Assembly: GCA_963767125.1 (NCBI GenBank)
Contig: CAVYDB010000047.1
Location: forward strand, 2,585 to 66,584
Direction: 5' to 3'
DNA: 64,000 nucleotides
Source: an uncultured Bacteroidota bacterium
GTDB taxonomy: Bacteria; Bacteroidota; Bacteroidia; JABEUT01
Below are positions 29,322 through 37,497 of the stretch, piece by piece. The notes under the pieces are model-generated. The model was not told where the DNA came from. It did no database searches and was given only the letters and a program-made list of their open reading frames with translations. The number at the start of each line of letters is the position of its first letter. The first letter of the stretch is position 1. The translations under genes were made by a program, and so were the position numbers.

Positions 29322-30856
29322 TTTTTCTTGAACTTCTTAGGGCTTTGCTTTTGCTTTACCGGGACAGGTTCCACTACTACAGGATTCAATTTGGCGTACC
29401 ACCATGATAAAACTACTACGCCTGCCACAAATAAAACAGGCCAAAGGTAAACAGAAAAAGAAGGAGACGTATTAAAAGCAAGGGTAGGCACCGTATTGGC
29501 ATTAAACTTATCCTTCATAAAATCGGGTACAATTAAATCAAATACCGGGTTGCCATAAAAAACCGGACCGCTGCCTTCCGGAATCATATATATTTTAGTA
29601 GATTTATCCATCCACACAAATAATATACCAATACCGGAGGCAATGTAAAAAAAGGCTTTTGAAAAAGGTTTCTTTGAAAGATAAATAACCCCTTCATACA
29701 GCGCAATCAAGGTTACCGGTATCAAATGCCTGGGGCCATAAGTCCATCCTCCCCACCATAACACATTGGCAGAAATTAATAAAACATAAAATGACATAGT
29801 TACCCCGAAATAGCTTTTTATAAATGTCGTAAATAACTTTATTTTAGGGCTATTGGTAAGCGATTTCCAATTTTGTATTATTAGGTACCAGCACATAACT
29901 ATAAGCGCAGGGGCATAAAAAAGCAAGCCCCTGTAAGTACTGAAGAGCAAGCCCCATATTGCCTTTAATTTAGGGTAACTGAACCCGATATTAGATACCT
30001 GTCCCGCATATTGAGAATTTGAAACATAGCTGTATGAAGTTGTAATCCATGAGCCTGTAATGTGATAATTATACCATAGCACAAACAAAATACCGGGTGC
30101 AATACCAGCCATAAAAAACAATGCTTTTTTGAAGCTCTTCTCATTCAAATAGATAAGCACAATCCACACCGGAAATATAATTCCGATAGGATACTCTGTG
30201 GCAAATGCAAGCCCTGTCGCAAGCCCCGAAATTAAATACCATTTTTTCTCTTTTAAAAAAACGTAGCCCAAAAAAAGAAAGAACCCGGCAAGCAGGTGCC
30301 CCGTATAAGTTCCGGCATAAGCAAAAAGGAAAGAGCCATAAAAAGGCAGCACCGACAAACAAACGGGTGATATTTTAGAAGATTGGTTCCGTAGCGCCCA
30401 AAAGGAAATAATAAGGGCCAACACAAACGGAATACAGCCACATAAAATATCACCGATTATAAACACGGGAGATGTTTTCGGGCACTGAAATGACCTCCCG
30501 TCTTTCATACCCACAGTTTCCCAGATATATATGGGATATTGTTTCAACTTCTCTTCGCTTATATCTTTCAATCCGAAAAATTTATATAGTACATAAAAAG
30601 GGTACACTATCATGGTGGAAACCGGCGCTTTATCAGAATAATAATGCCCGTTTATCAGGCTTTTATCCCCTGTAAATTCCTGGTACTTATCTATATTGAT
30701 AGTATGGTATTCGTACCTGGAAATAACCGGCAAAGCCCTTGATGTGGCATTGGGCGTAATCCAGATATCTACATAATAGCAGGAAAGTATAAGGTTTACC
30801 AATACAAATGCAGTATAAAACCATCTCATTTTAGCCTTCTTCTTTGCTTCTTCCAT
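29318..30856 (-). CDS. GT-C-like membrane glycosyltransferase
   Basis: PNATSR, YSDKAP, TEYP, WWGGWTYGPRH; overlaps the TMTC-like gene by 4 bp. Confidence 0.55.
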   Translation of the reverse strand: MEEAKKKAKMRWFYTAFVLVNLILSCYYVDIWITPNATSRALPVISRYEYHTINIDKYQEFTGDKSLINGHYYSDKAPVSTMIVYPFYVLYKFFGLKDISEEKLKQYPIYIWETVGMKDGRSFQCPKTSPVFIIGDILCGCIPFVLALIISFWALRNQSSKISPVCLSVLPFYGSFLFAYAGTYTGHLLAGFFLFLGYVFLKEKKWYLISGLATGLAFATEYPIGIIFPVWIVLIYLNEKSFKKALFFMAGIAPGILFVLWYNYHITGSWITTSYSYVSNSQYAGQVSNIGFSYPKLKAIWGLLFSTYRGLLFYAPALIVMCWYLIIQNWKSLTNSPKIKLFTTFIKSYFGVTMSFYVLLISANVLWWGGWTYGPRHLIPVTLIALYEGVIYLSKKPFSKAFFYIASGIGILFVWMDKSTKIYMIPEGSGPVFYGNPVFDLIVPDFMKDKFNANTVPTLAFNTSPSFSVYLWPVLFVAGVVVLSWWYAKLNPVVVEPVPVKQKQSPKKFKKK

Positions 30857-31014
30857 CTGCTATTTATTTGCCGGCATTTGGGACAAAGATAATGGCAATC
30901 TTATTACTTGGAAATCCCGGCTTTTATTTCTGTAGCTTTAAAAGGGCAATTTAGTTAATCAGCCTGTTTTTTAGTTTATTTTATATACTGATAATCAGCC
31001 ACTAATATTCAAAA

Positions 31015-31443
31015 TTGAAATTTACTGATTTATATCAAAGGTATCACACCCCACCTGTTTTATTTTTGGATAAAATATCAGTTGTAATGGAAATGCTTCC
31101 CGGTTCTTATTATTTTAAGGGAAATAATGAAGAGATAATAAACAGTATCCTCTCTGTATTATTAGGCAAAGAAACCTATGGGGAAGCTTCCGTTTACTCG
31201 CATTTTATTAATGAATCGCTACCCCTTTCATACCGGGAAAAAATGAGGGGCATCCTTGATTTCATGCAAAAGGAAAAATTGATTCTTATCAGGGAACACA
31301 CCCAAGGGGGTATCATTCAACTTGTTAATTCCGGGGCCACAGATAAAAGCATCTTTGATTTCACCCCCGATACGGCACAAGTACATTTGAGGCAGCATGG
31401 CAAAAAGGTTTTGTCGGAAGGAGGAGTAAAAAAAAGCCGCTAA
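31015..31443 (+). CDS. Hypothetical protein
   Basis: 142-aa ORF in otherwise unoccupied space; no family recognised. Confidence 0.4.
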   Translation: MKFTDLYQRYHTPPVLFLDKISVVMEMLPGSYYFKGNNEEIINSILSVLLGKETYGEASVYSHFINESLPLSYREKMRGILDFMQKEKLILIREHTQGGIIQLVNSGATDKSIFDFTPDTAQVHLRQHGKKVLSEGGVKKSR

Positions 31444-31615
31444 CCCTATTTATTTTAATGTATTCGTAGTAATCCATATCCCCGGAATTTATTTCAGGTT
31501 CCTTAACCGGGCAGTTTTCTTTGTTTTTTTTGTTAGTATGAATGTTTTATTTTGTCCTGGCACTATCACCGTCCAATCAAATATTTTATTATAATTTTGT
31601 CTTTTTCTTTCGCCT

Positions 31616-32020
31616 ATGCTTACCGGGAACAAAGGTATTTATCCTAACTGGGTCAATAAGAGTGACATAATAAACCAGGTTCTCAAAGAAATGGTACGTG
31701 AGGGTGGCAGGCTCCCCTACTCCTATGTTATTAATGCTAACCACGAAGATATAATACAGGAAAGGATGAAGAAACTATTGGTGCAGATGGAAGAAGAAAA
31801 ACTCATTCAGCACCCTTTGCCTGGGGGAGAGTTTTTAGAGATTGACCTCGAGGGCAGCCGCGCCGTTATTGTGGGGTATAAAAAATACAAAAGGGTAAAA
31901 AGATGGGATAATATAGTTCAAAAGCTAACCCGTGTTTCCATCATATTTTTCTTTCTTGCAGTATTAGGCTTAATAGTTGGGTTACTCTATTTTATTTTGC
32001 ATTTTTTTAAAGTGCTGTAA
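31616..32020 (+). CDS. Hypothetical protein with C-terminal TM helix
   Basis: Basic patch followed by hydrophobic C-terminus. Confidence 0.5.
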   Translation: MLTGNKGIYPNWVNKSDIINQVLKEMVREGGRLPYSYVINANHEDIIQERMKKLLVQMEEEKLIQHPLPGGEFLEIDLEGSRAVIVGYKKYKRVKRWDNIVQKLTRVSIIFFFLAVLGLIVGLLYFILHFFKVL

Positions 32021-32039
32021 GCTACCTGTTGCTTGCCGC

Positions 32040-32414
32040 TTAGCTCTTAAAAAAAGAATAAATTGCCCTTACTTCCAGTATAGTATATAAAAAGTAAAGC
32101 ATAAAAAAAGTAAGGGCGAAAGTTTTTGCATCTTGCCGGTGAGTAAGCGCATATATAAACACAAAAGCGGCGGAAATCAATAATCTACCCATACTTACCC
32201 CCATAAAGGAATACACAAAAGCCCCCGGTTTTTTCTCCCGGGTATTAGTAATTACTACAAAAGAGAGGCCGTTAACGGCAAATAACAAACCTATCATAAG
32301 GATAAGAGGCAGGTTAGCTATAATATACCGGGTAAAAATAAGGTACAGTATTCCGTAAAAAACTACGGAGACAAGCAATAAGCGGAGGATAAACCGGCGT
32401 TGGAATGACTTCAT
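32040..32414 (-). CDS. ATP synthase protein I-like 4-TM membrane protein
   Basis: Four TM helices, FMGVSMGRLL and FFMLYFLYTILEV; directly follows an AtpZ/AtpI-family ORF. Confidence 0.65.
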   Translation of the reverse strand: MKSFQRRFILRLLLVSVVFYGILYLIFTRYIIANLPLILMIGLLFAVNGLSFVVITNTREKKPGAFVYSFMGVSMGRLLISAAFVFIYALTHRQDAKTFALTFFMLYFLYTILEVRAIYSFFKS

Positions 32415-32635
32415 TTTCGTTTTAATAAATCTTTAATTACGAAATACACACCCAGAAAAACCCCCATGATACTAAGCACGGTGGTAAATACCGGAAACTT
32501 CATTGGAAACCGCTTATCGAGCCATTTCCCTATAAATAGACCTATTATTATAGTAGCCGCTATTTGAAATGCCATTCCCGAATACCGGGCAAGTGTATTA
32601 AGAGACCCTTTGGTCGGCCCGTTGCCTGGTTTCAA
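32411..32635 (-). CDS. AtpZ/AtpI family protein
   Basis: YSGMAFQIAATIIIGLFIGKWLDKRF motif; two TM helices. Confidence 0.85.
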   Translation of the reverse strand: MKPGNGPTKGSLNTLARYSGMAFQIAATIIIGLFIGKWLDKRFPMKFPVFTTVLSIMGVFLGVYFVIKDLLKRK

Positions 32636-33020
32636 GTCTTTCCTTTACTGTTTCCTGTCCGTTATATAAGCCTTTTACCGCATTTCCCATAACGCACGAA
32701 CCGCTGAATTGGGCGCCCGGCTCTATGGTTAACCTCCCTACTACTATGTCGCCCAATAATTTGCAGCTCGATTTCAAAGACAATAATTCGTTCACCGTAA
32801 TTTTTCCGTTCACGTTGCCGTGTATCTCTGCATTCTGGCAGGTAACTTCCCCGTCTATCTGTCCAGAGGTGCCTATTACCAGTTTACCTTCCGTTTGCAA
32901 ACTGCCTTTTAGGGTGCCGTCTATCCGGATATCGCCCGAAGCCTTCACTATACCTTCTATGTATGTGCCCGACTTTATCTGGTTTACTACGTGGGGGTCT
33001 TCTTGCATGGGTTTTGACAT
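32598..33020 (-). CDS. Bactofilin (polymer-forming cytoskeletal protein)
   Basis: IKSGTYIEGIV, IRIDG, LVIGTSGQIDGEV, LTIEPGAQFSGSCVM. Confidence 0.92.
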   Translation of the reverse strand: MSKPMQEDPHVVNQIKSGTYIEGIVKASGDIRIDGTLKGSLQTEGKLVIGTSGQIDGEVTCQNAEIHGNVNGKITVNELLSLKSSCKLLGDIVVGRLTIEPGAQFSGSCVMGNAVKGLYNGQETVKERLETRQRADQRVS

Positions 33021-33311
33021 ATCAATATTAGTTTAAAGTGAACAAAGATAGTTTTTTTATTCAAATTACGAAGTATAGGCTATGAATTTTAGGTTAAGAA
33101 TAATCATTTTTTAATAAAGAGACCTTATGTACCCTTAAGTTTTTCCAAAATTTTCTCCGGAATACTAAACGGCTGAAACAATTATTTTACGTGGTTTTGA
33201 TGCCTGAGGTGTATTTTTGCTTAATATTTATATTCCAATAGTATGGCAATATACAATGAATACTAAAAATAAATAGTATTTACTTCCAGGGGAATATGAG
33301 GACTTTCACAA

Positions 33312-34112
33312 CTAATGAAATTCCCGTTTAAAAGAATTTCTATATGCAGGGCTAAGAGGTATATGCTTAGGGATGTGGCTATTTTCATCCTGCTTTAAAG
33401 TAAGATAGTCTTCAAATATATTTTCAACAATGCTGTATGAAACCAATTCAAGTTTATTAGCCATTGTAAATTCATCGGAAAGGTTTAATATCTCGCTGAA
33501 CTTCCAATTGAAGAAAGTATAGTTAGTATCATGCTTCAATAATACCTTCTTATTTCTCGGATTTTTTGTTTCAGCACTGGCATATAATATGTCCGTTCTG
33601 TCTATGTTCGTTTCTCCCCTCAGCTCTTTAATATGAACCAATATATGTTTTCTTAAATTTATCTCTTTTCCAATAATAAGCCCATACGCATATTCTATAG
33701 ATTCAAGCAGCCTTTGTTCCGTTAATGGTTTAGGCATAACATCCATTGCACCCATCATACGGCAGGCTTCTATAAAAAGCTTATCTACTGCCGAAATAAA
33801 GATAAAGCGCTTGCCTATTTCTTTCAGTTTAAAAGCAACATCAACCCCCATTTTGGTATCATTTGGGAATAAACAGTCAAGAAACACAACATCAAATTCA
33901 TAGTGATACATTTTTTGAAGGAAGTCGGTGCATTTATAAAAAGAAGCTGTAACCACCGCTTTACGGGAATCTTTTAAAAAATTCCTGATTACAGTGTGTG
34001 TATCCGGGTCATCGTCCACTATTATGCAGTGTAGTTTTCCATCCCGTAACATAACATGATTATTAAAAAAATAATAACCGGCAATTCCAAAGATAGAAAT
34101 AAAACGATACAA
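33312..34112 (-). CDS. LytR/AlgR-type response regulator (probable start 34052, MLRDGKLH)
   Basis: Receiver motifs IVDDD, VFLD, ISA, MPKP; C-terminal LytTR-like DILY segment. Confidence 0.75.
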   Translation of the reverse strand: MYRFISIFGIAGYYFFNNHVMLRDGKLHCIIVDDDPDTHTVIRNFLKDSRKAVVTASFYKCTDFLQKMYHYEFDVVFLDCLFPNDTKMGVDVAFKLKEIGKRFIFISAVDKLFIEACRMMGAMDVMPKPLTEQRLLESIEYAYGLIIGKEINLRKHILVHIKELRGETNIDRTDILYASAETKNPRNKKVLLKHDTNYTFFNWKFSEILNLSDEFTMANKLELVSYSIVENIFEDYLTLKQDENSHIPKHIPLSPAYRNSFKREFH

Positions 34113-34273
34113 ACCACAATTTCCATATCATATTATCATAAATATTTTTCACCCTGCAATTTCATTACATGAAAAACCCGTTTCATTACCTCAATTCATA
34201 CGCTTGCTACGTGAACGATACTAAAAGCTAAATCATAGCCTAACATTGTATCCGTATTTGTAACACACACACC

Positions 34274-34549
34274 ATGAAGACTCACCATTACCATTTAAAA
34301 TTTATTCCCCATACTTCCTTAAAATGGCAGGCAAGGAATACTCCGGCTCGGTTTACCTTAACCCATGCCGGAAATGAAAATGACCATACCGGGAAACTGC
34401 GGGAATATTTACATAAGCAGTTTTCGCATTTTTTAACTTCCCCCCCGCTGGTGCAGGGAATTATAATTTTAATGGGATTTATAACACTTTTATCAATGTG
34501 CGATTTATTGATAACTTTTTTCCCAGGAATTTTAACATACCTCATTTAA
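34274..34549 (+). CDS. Small hypothetical protein with C-terminal TM segment
   Basis: 91-aa ORF divergent from the response regulator. Confidence 0.35.
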   Translation: MKTHHYHLKFIPHTSLKWQARNTPARFTLTHAGNENDHTGKLREYLHKQFSHFLTSPPLVQGIIILMGFITLLSMCDLLITFFPGILTYLI

Positions 34550-34639
34550 TAAACCTATAAACTCATTTACTATATCTCAAATTTTTCTTTAATATTGTGG
34601 TAGATTTTAAGTTACTAAAAACATTAAAACTGCCACACC

Positions 34640-35917
34640 ATGAACCACGAAGTGCTCACGAGTTCCTTTAAAAGAACAAAAAAATTTACGAGTAAAATAC
34701 TAATTATGTACTCACTTGCCACTTTTCACTTTTCACTTTTCACTTGCTCCGCTCAAGGTGTTTGGTCTCCACGCTCCCCCTTGCCTGCTTCTACAAGAGG
34801 TTATAGCATTGGCTTCTCTATAGGTAACTATGGCTATATGGGGTTAGGTGGAAACGGACATACATTATATTATCGTGATTTTTGGCAATTTGACCCTTCT
34901 ACCAATACATGGACACAAAAAGCAGATTTCCCGGGGTTGGCAAGAATTTGCCCGGCAACATTTGTTATTGGAAATTATGCGTATATAGTTACAGGGCAGG
35001 ATACCAATGTAAACTACTTAAATCAATGCTGGCAATACGATGCAATAAATGATACATGGACACAAAAAGCAAATTTCCCGGGGGCTGCCCGTGCGTACGG
35101 CGTAGGTTTCACCCTCGCTGGCAAAGGCTATGTTGGGACAGGCAGCGGATATGATGTAGATTATCGTAAGGATTTTTGGGCTTATGACACGGGAACCGAT
35201 ACATGGACAAGGATAGCTGATTTTGGAGGCTCTGCAAGATTTTCTGCTTCAGGATTTTCAATTGGAGATTCAGGCTATGTTTGTTTTGGGCAAGATAGTA
35301 TAATAGGCAAGAATAAAGATATGTGGGAATATGATACGTTAAATAAAATATGGACTCAAAAAAATAATTACCCAGGGTTCCCCATTTATGGTGTAAGTGG
35401 TTTTGTAATTGGTACAAATATTTATGTAGGCACCGGGCAAGACAGTACTGGTGATCTTGATAATAAATTCTGGCAGTACAATACCTCTTCGGGTATTTGG
35501 AAAAGTGAAACACAATTTCCAAATCTGGGTAGGGCTGCTTGTTCCGGATTCAGTATTGAAGATACAGGTTATATGGGATTGGGAATTGATAGCGTTGTCA
35601 GGTGCTTTAATAGCATTTATAAATTTTATCCCGACAGTACAACAGGTATAAATGAAATTTCTCCATACGGCGGGCAAGTGTTTATTTACCCAAACCCCGC
35701 CACTCAATTTATTAATATAGATATTAACAGGCAAATTGCAGGACCTGCCATCCTTTCTATTATGGACATTACCGGGAGAGAAATACTTTTTTATCAAACC
35801 ACCTTACTAAATGGTAGTTGTGAAATAGATGTTTCCAGTCTTGCCTCGGGAATGTATTTTTTGAATTTAAAAACTAAAGGCAACTTATTTATTACACAAA
35901 AATTCATTAAAAACTAA
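34640..35917 (+). CDS. Kelch-repeat beta-propeller protein with T9SS type A sorting domain, paralog 1
   Basis: Repeated W-T-Q-K-A-D/N-F-P-G...R...GF.IG..GYVG.G units; IYPNPA...LASGMYFL...KFIKN. Confidence 0.9.
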   Translation: MNHEVLTSSFKRTKKFTSKILIMYSLATFHFSLFTCSAQGVWSPRSPLPASTRGYSIGFSIGNYGYMGLGGNGHTLYYRDFWQFDPSTNTWTQKADFPGLARICPATFVIGNYAYIVTGQDTNVNYLNQCWQYDAINDTWTQKANFPGAARAYGVGFTLAGKGYVGTGSGYDVDYRKDFWAYDTGTDTWTRIADFGGSARFSASGFSIGDSGYVCFGQDSIIGKNKDMWEYDTLNKIWTQKNNYPGFPIYGVSGFVIGTNIYVGTGQDSTGDLDNKFWQYNTSSGIWKSETQFPNLGRAACSGFSIEDTGYMGLGIDSVVRCFNSIYKFYPDSTTGINEISPYGGQVFIYPNPATQFINIDINRQIAGPAILSIMDITGREILFYQTTLLNGSCEIDVSSLASGMYFLNLKTKGNLFITQKFIKN

Positions 35918-36184
35918 CCTTGCCCTGAAATACTGAAAATTACTATTTCAGGGCGTTAAATTTAAACGTCATGAAAAAAATAATTTTCTTAACAGTTTTC
36001 CCGCAACACAAAGCGTATTTCCCATTTCACATTTATTGCCTTTCACGGCATAAGCGATAGACCTCGCTTTTCCCTGCACAAAGTTGTGGTTGAATAATAA
36101 CCCGACTCATCTCCCTGCCTCCCGAATTATTTATTAATATTGTGGTAGATTTTAATTTACTAAAAACTTTAAAACTACCATGCC

Positions 36185-37477
36185 ATGAACCACGAAGTGC
36201 TCACGAGTTCCTTTAAAAGAACAAAAAAATTTACGAGTAAAAAGCTAATTATGCTCTCAATTGCCACTTTTCACTTTTTTCTAATGAATCCCTTTGGGAC
36301 AGTTTTCACTTGCTCCGCTCAAGGTGCTTGGTCTCCTCGTTCCCCTTTGCCCGCCACTGCAAGAGCCTACGGCATTGGGTTTTCTATTGGAAATTATGGG
36401 TATATGGGCTTAGGTGCGTATGATGGTGGCAATAAATGTTTGCATGATTTTTGGCAATTTGACCCTTCCAATAATACGTGGACACAAAAAGCAGATTTTC
36501 CCGGACTGGCAAGAATTTGCCCGGCAACTTTTGTAATTGGAAATTATGCTTATGTAGTAACCGGTCAAGATACTATAGTAAGATACTTGACAGAATGCTG
36601 GCAATATAATTCTATAACCGATACATGGACACAGAAGGCAAATTTCCCCGGACAGGCTCGTGCATACGATGTGGGTTTTGCTATTGGAGGCAAAGGCTAT
36701 GTTGGAACAGGCAGCCAATATGATGTAGATTATTGTAAGGATTTTTGGGCTTATGATACTGCCACCGATACCTGGACACAGATTGCAGATTTTGGCGCTC
36801 CGGCAAGGTTTGAAGCAAGCGGTTTTGCTGCAGATGGAAAAGGATACGTGTGCTTTGGTGCAGATACTGTAACGGGTAAGCAAAAGGATATTTGGGAATA
36901 TGATACCGACTCAAATAGTTGGACACAAAAAACCAATTATCCGGGACCAGCAATGTTAGGGGCAAATGGCTTCGTAATAAATAATATGATATATGTAGGT
37001 AATGGTACTAACAACGTAGGTGTATGCTACCCCCAATTCTGGAAATATAATACGGTTGCTGATACATGGTTAATTGAAGCAAGTTTTCCGGGACCTTCGA
37101 GATTTTCATGCTCAGCCTTTGCCATTGGAGATACTGGCTATGTAGGTTTGGGTGCCGATAGTCTTGCAGATTGTTATAATAATATGTATAAATTTTATCC
37201 CGACACACTGACGGGAATAAATGAAATACACGAAAATGATTTTATTTCCATTTTTCCTAATCCAACTAACCAAATTCTTACTCTAAATTTCAACGGGCTA
37301 ATTACGGGACCAGCCATCCTTATTATGGACATCACCGGGAGAAAGATAATGTCATCTGTAATAAACGGTTCAAATACCACCATGCAGATTGACGTGTCTT
37401 CATTGGCGACGGGGATGTATTTTATAAATGTCAATATTGATAAAAGAACTGTAACTAACAAATTTATTAAAAATTAA
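36185..37477 (+). CDS. Kelch-repeat beta-propeller protein with T9SS type A sorting domain, paralog 2
   Basis: Collinear with paralog 1; IFPNPT...LATGMYFI...KFIKN. Confidence 0.9.
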   Translation: MNHEVLTSSFKRTKKFTSKKLIMLSIATFHFFLMNPFGTVFTCSAQGAWSPRSPLPATARAYGIGFSIGNYGYMGLGAYDGGNKCLHDFWQFDPSNNTWTQKADFPGLARICPATFVIGNYAYVVTGQDTIVRYLTECWQYNSITDTWTQKANFPGQARAYDVGFAIGGKGYVGTGSQYDVDYCKDFWAYDTATDTWTQIADFGAPARFEASGFAADGKGYVCFGADTVTGKQKDIWEYDTDSNSWTQKTNYPGPAMLGANGFVINNMIYVGNGTNNVGVCYPQFWKYNTVADTWLIEASFPGPSRFSCSAFAIGDTGYVGLGADSLADCYNNMYKFYPDTLTGINEIHENDFISIFPNPTNQILTLNFNGLITGPAILIMDITGRKIMSSVINGSNTTMQIDVSSLATGMYFINVNIDKRTVTNKFIKN

Positions 37478-37497
37478 TTTCTTAAAAACAAAAAGTC

